DNA from: an uncultured cyanobacterium
GTDB lineage: Bacteria; Cyanobacteriota; Cyanobacteriia; PCC-9006; JAAUQQ01
DNA: 64,000 nt
Direction: 5' to 3'
Assembly (NCBI GenBank): GCA_963718615.1
Contig: OY970368.1
Coordinates: 2,816,001-2,880,000 of the forward strand
Shown here: positions 62,622 through 64,000 of the stretch, in pieces
Layout: each line of letters begins with the position of its first letter
Position numbering within the stretch: the first letter of the stretch is position 1
The notes under the pieces: model-generated
Database searches by the model: none
Told to the model about the DNA's origin: nothing
Seen by the model: only the letters and a program-made list of their open reading frames with translations
Made by a program: the position numbers and the translations under genes

Positions 62622-64000
62622 ATACGGTCATAAATAACGTCACAATTGCTTGGATCGCCTTACCCTTTATGGCTGGATTTACCAGCTATCTTTTGCCTCG
62701 ATTGGATCGGGCGATCGCCCTCAGTGTCACCCTCCTTTCCTTGACCTATGGTCTACTGCAATTTGTAAATCCTGCTTCTACAACGCTACAGTTGCTGGAC
62801 CATTTCAGCGTCACCTTGGTGATTGATTCCCTGAGTGGGTATTTCATTCTCACCAATGCAATCGTCACATTGGCTGTCGTTATCTACTGTTGGCCCAGTA
62901 CTAAAAGCGCTTTTTTCTATACTCAGACAATCATTTTGCATGGCAGTGTCAATGCTGTGTTTATCTGTGCAGATTTTATCAGTCTGTACGTGGCCCTAGA
63001 GGTCATTAGTATTGCCGCGTTCTTGTTGATTGCCTATCCCCGTACGAATCGCTCCATCTGGGTGGGATTGCGCTATCTCTTCGTCAGCAACACGGCCATG
63101 CTGTTCTACTTAATCGGAGCCGTACTGATTTATCAAACGAACCATTCCTTTGCCTTTGCGGGTATTGAAACTGCACCACCGGAGGCGATCGCTCTGATTT
63201 TTCTAGGCTTACTCACCAAGGGTGGCATTTTTGTTTCCGGTCTTTGGCTACCCTTAACCCACTCCGAAGCAGATACACCCGTTTCTGCCTTTCTGTCTGG
63301 GGTTGTTGTGAAAACAGGCATTTTCCCGCTGATTCGCTTTGCCTTGATTGCTGAAGCCATCGATCCAGTGGTCCGGCTCTTGGGGGTGAGCACAGCCCTG
63401 TTAGGGGTTAGCTATGCCATCTTTGAAAAAGATACTAAGCGCATGCTGGCTTTGAGCACTGTTTCTCAATTAGGATTTGTGCTAGCTGCGCCGGAAGTGG
63501 GAGGGTTTTATGCTTTAACCCATGGATTGGTCAAATCAGCGCTGTTTTTGATTGCGGGTAATCTCCCCAGTCGCAATTTCAAAGATCTCAAGCAGACACC
63601 CCTCCCAACCTCGATTTGGGTGGCGTTGGCGATCGCCAGTTTTTCCATTTCAGGCTTTCCCTTACTCTCAGGATTTGGAGCTAAAGTGCTGACCATGAAA
63701 AATCTCTTGCCTTGGCAGATCATGGCCATGAATCTTGCAGCCTTAGGCACAGCAATTGCCTTTGGGAAATTGATATTTCTGCCCCGTGGTGGGGAAGGAA
63801 AACTGACCTCTAGCTTCTGGATCGCGATGGTTGTTTTGTTAGGAGGATTGGTTCTCGCAAACGGTATTTATTACGAAGCCTATACCCCAGCCAATATCGC
63901 TAAACCTCTTGCAACAATTGCCTTAGGTTGGTTGATCTACGGGGTTATCATTCGTCACTTAACGGTTAAGCTACCCCAGCTTCTAGAAAGATTTGAACAC
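62618..64000 (+). CDS. mrpD: Mrp/Mnh antiporter subunit D-like, partial (runs off the right edge)
   Basis: ATG overlaps the mrpC stop (ATGA); reads MNTVINNVTIAWIALPF...ADFISLYVALEV...GLWLPLTHSEA...KRMLALSTVSQLGF. Confidence 0.88.
   Translation, partial: MNTVINNVTIAWIALPFMAGFTSYLLPRLDRAIALSVTLLSLTYGLLQFVNPASTTLQLLDHFSVTLVIDSLSGYFILTNAIVTLAVVIYCWPSTKSAFFYTQTIILHGSVNAVFICADFISLYVALEVISIAAFLLIAYPRTNRSIWVGLRYLFVSNTAMLFYLIGAVLIYQTNHSFAFAGIETAPPEAIALIFLGLLTKGGIFVSGLWLPLTHSEADTPVSAFLSGVVVKTGIFPLIRFALIAEAIDPVVRLLGVSTALLGVSYAIFEKDTKRMLALSTVSQLGFVLAAPEVGGFYALTHGLVKSALFLIAGNLPSRNFKDLKQTPLPTSIWVALAIASFSISGFPLLSGFGAKVLTMKNLLPWQIMAMNLAALGTAIAFGKLIFLPRGGEGKLTSSFWIAMVVLLGGLVLANGIYYEAYTPANIAKPLATIALGWLIYGVIIRHLTVKLPQLLERFEH

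Larger units (their letters stand above)
1..64000. repeat. Dispersed HIP1 octamer GCGATCGC
   Basis: Visible dozens of times in coding and non-coding DNA (e.g. 9, 64, 143, 669); a cyanobacterial hallmark. Confidence 0.95.

Overview
A 64-kb chromosomal segment from a cyanobacterium, as shown by frequent HIP1 octamers (GCGATCGC), psbV, ftsH2, hpsNOP, a Tab2 protein, Uma2 nucleases and a PEP-CTERM protein. Most of it is housekeeping: a glycosyltransferase/hormogonium-polysaccharide cluster (1-9.9 kb), then hemC, argC, htpG, mltA, a Na+/H+ antiporter, ubiE/menG, priA, coaD-cdv3, sppA, pdhC, ylqD, aas, ftsH2, psbV, murA, tRNA-Leu(CAG), trmH, lpdA, trpC, moaA and the start of an mrp operon. I found no CRISPR array, prophage or intact transposase. 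The best leads are: (1) murA appears to need an ATT start codon; (2) a highly structured, riboswitch-like leader upstream of a phosphotransferase; (3) two tandem paralogous ~65-aa orphan proteins, each with the same upstream palindromic motif; (4) an AT-rich island between argC and htpG holding a membrane-anchored TPR protein behind a candidate MITE; (5) a hypothetical protein with a TIR/nucleoside-deoxyribosyltransferase-like domain; (6) frequent 12-15 bp tandem duplications. Family assignments come from recognising sequence motifs, not from database searches.
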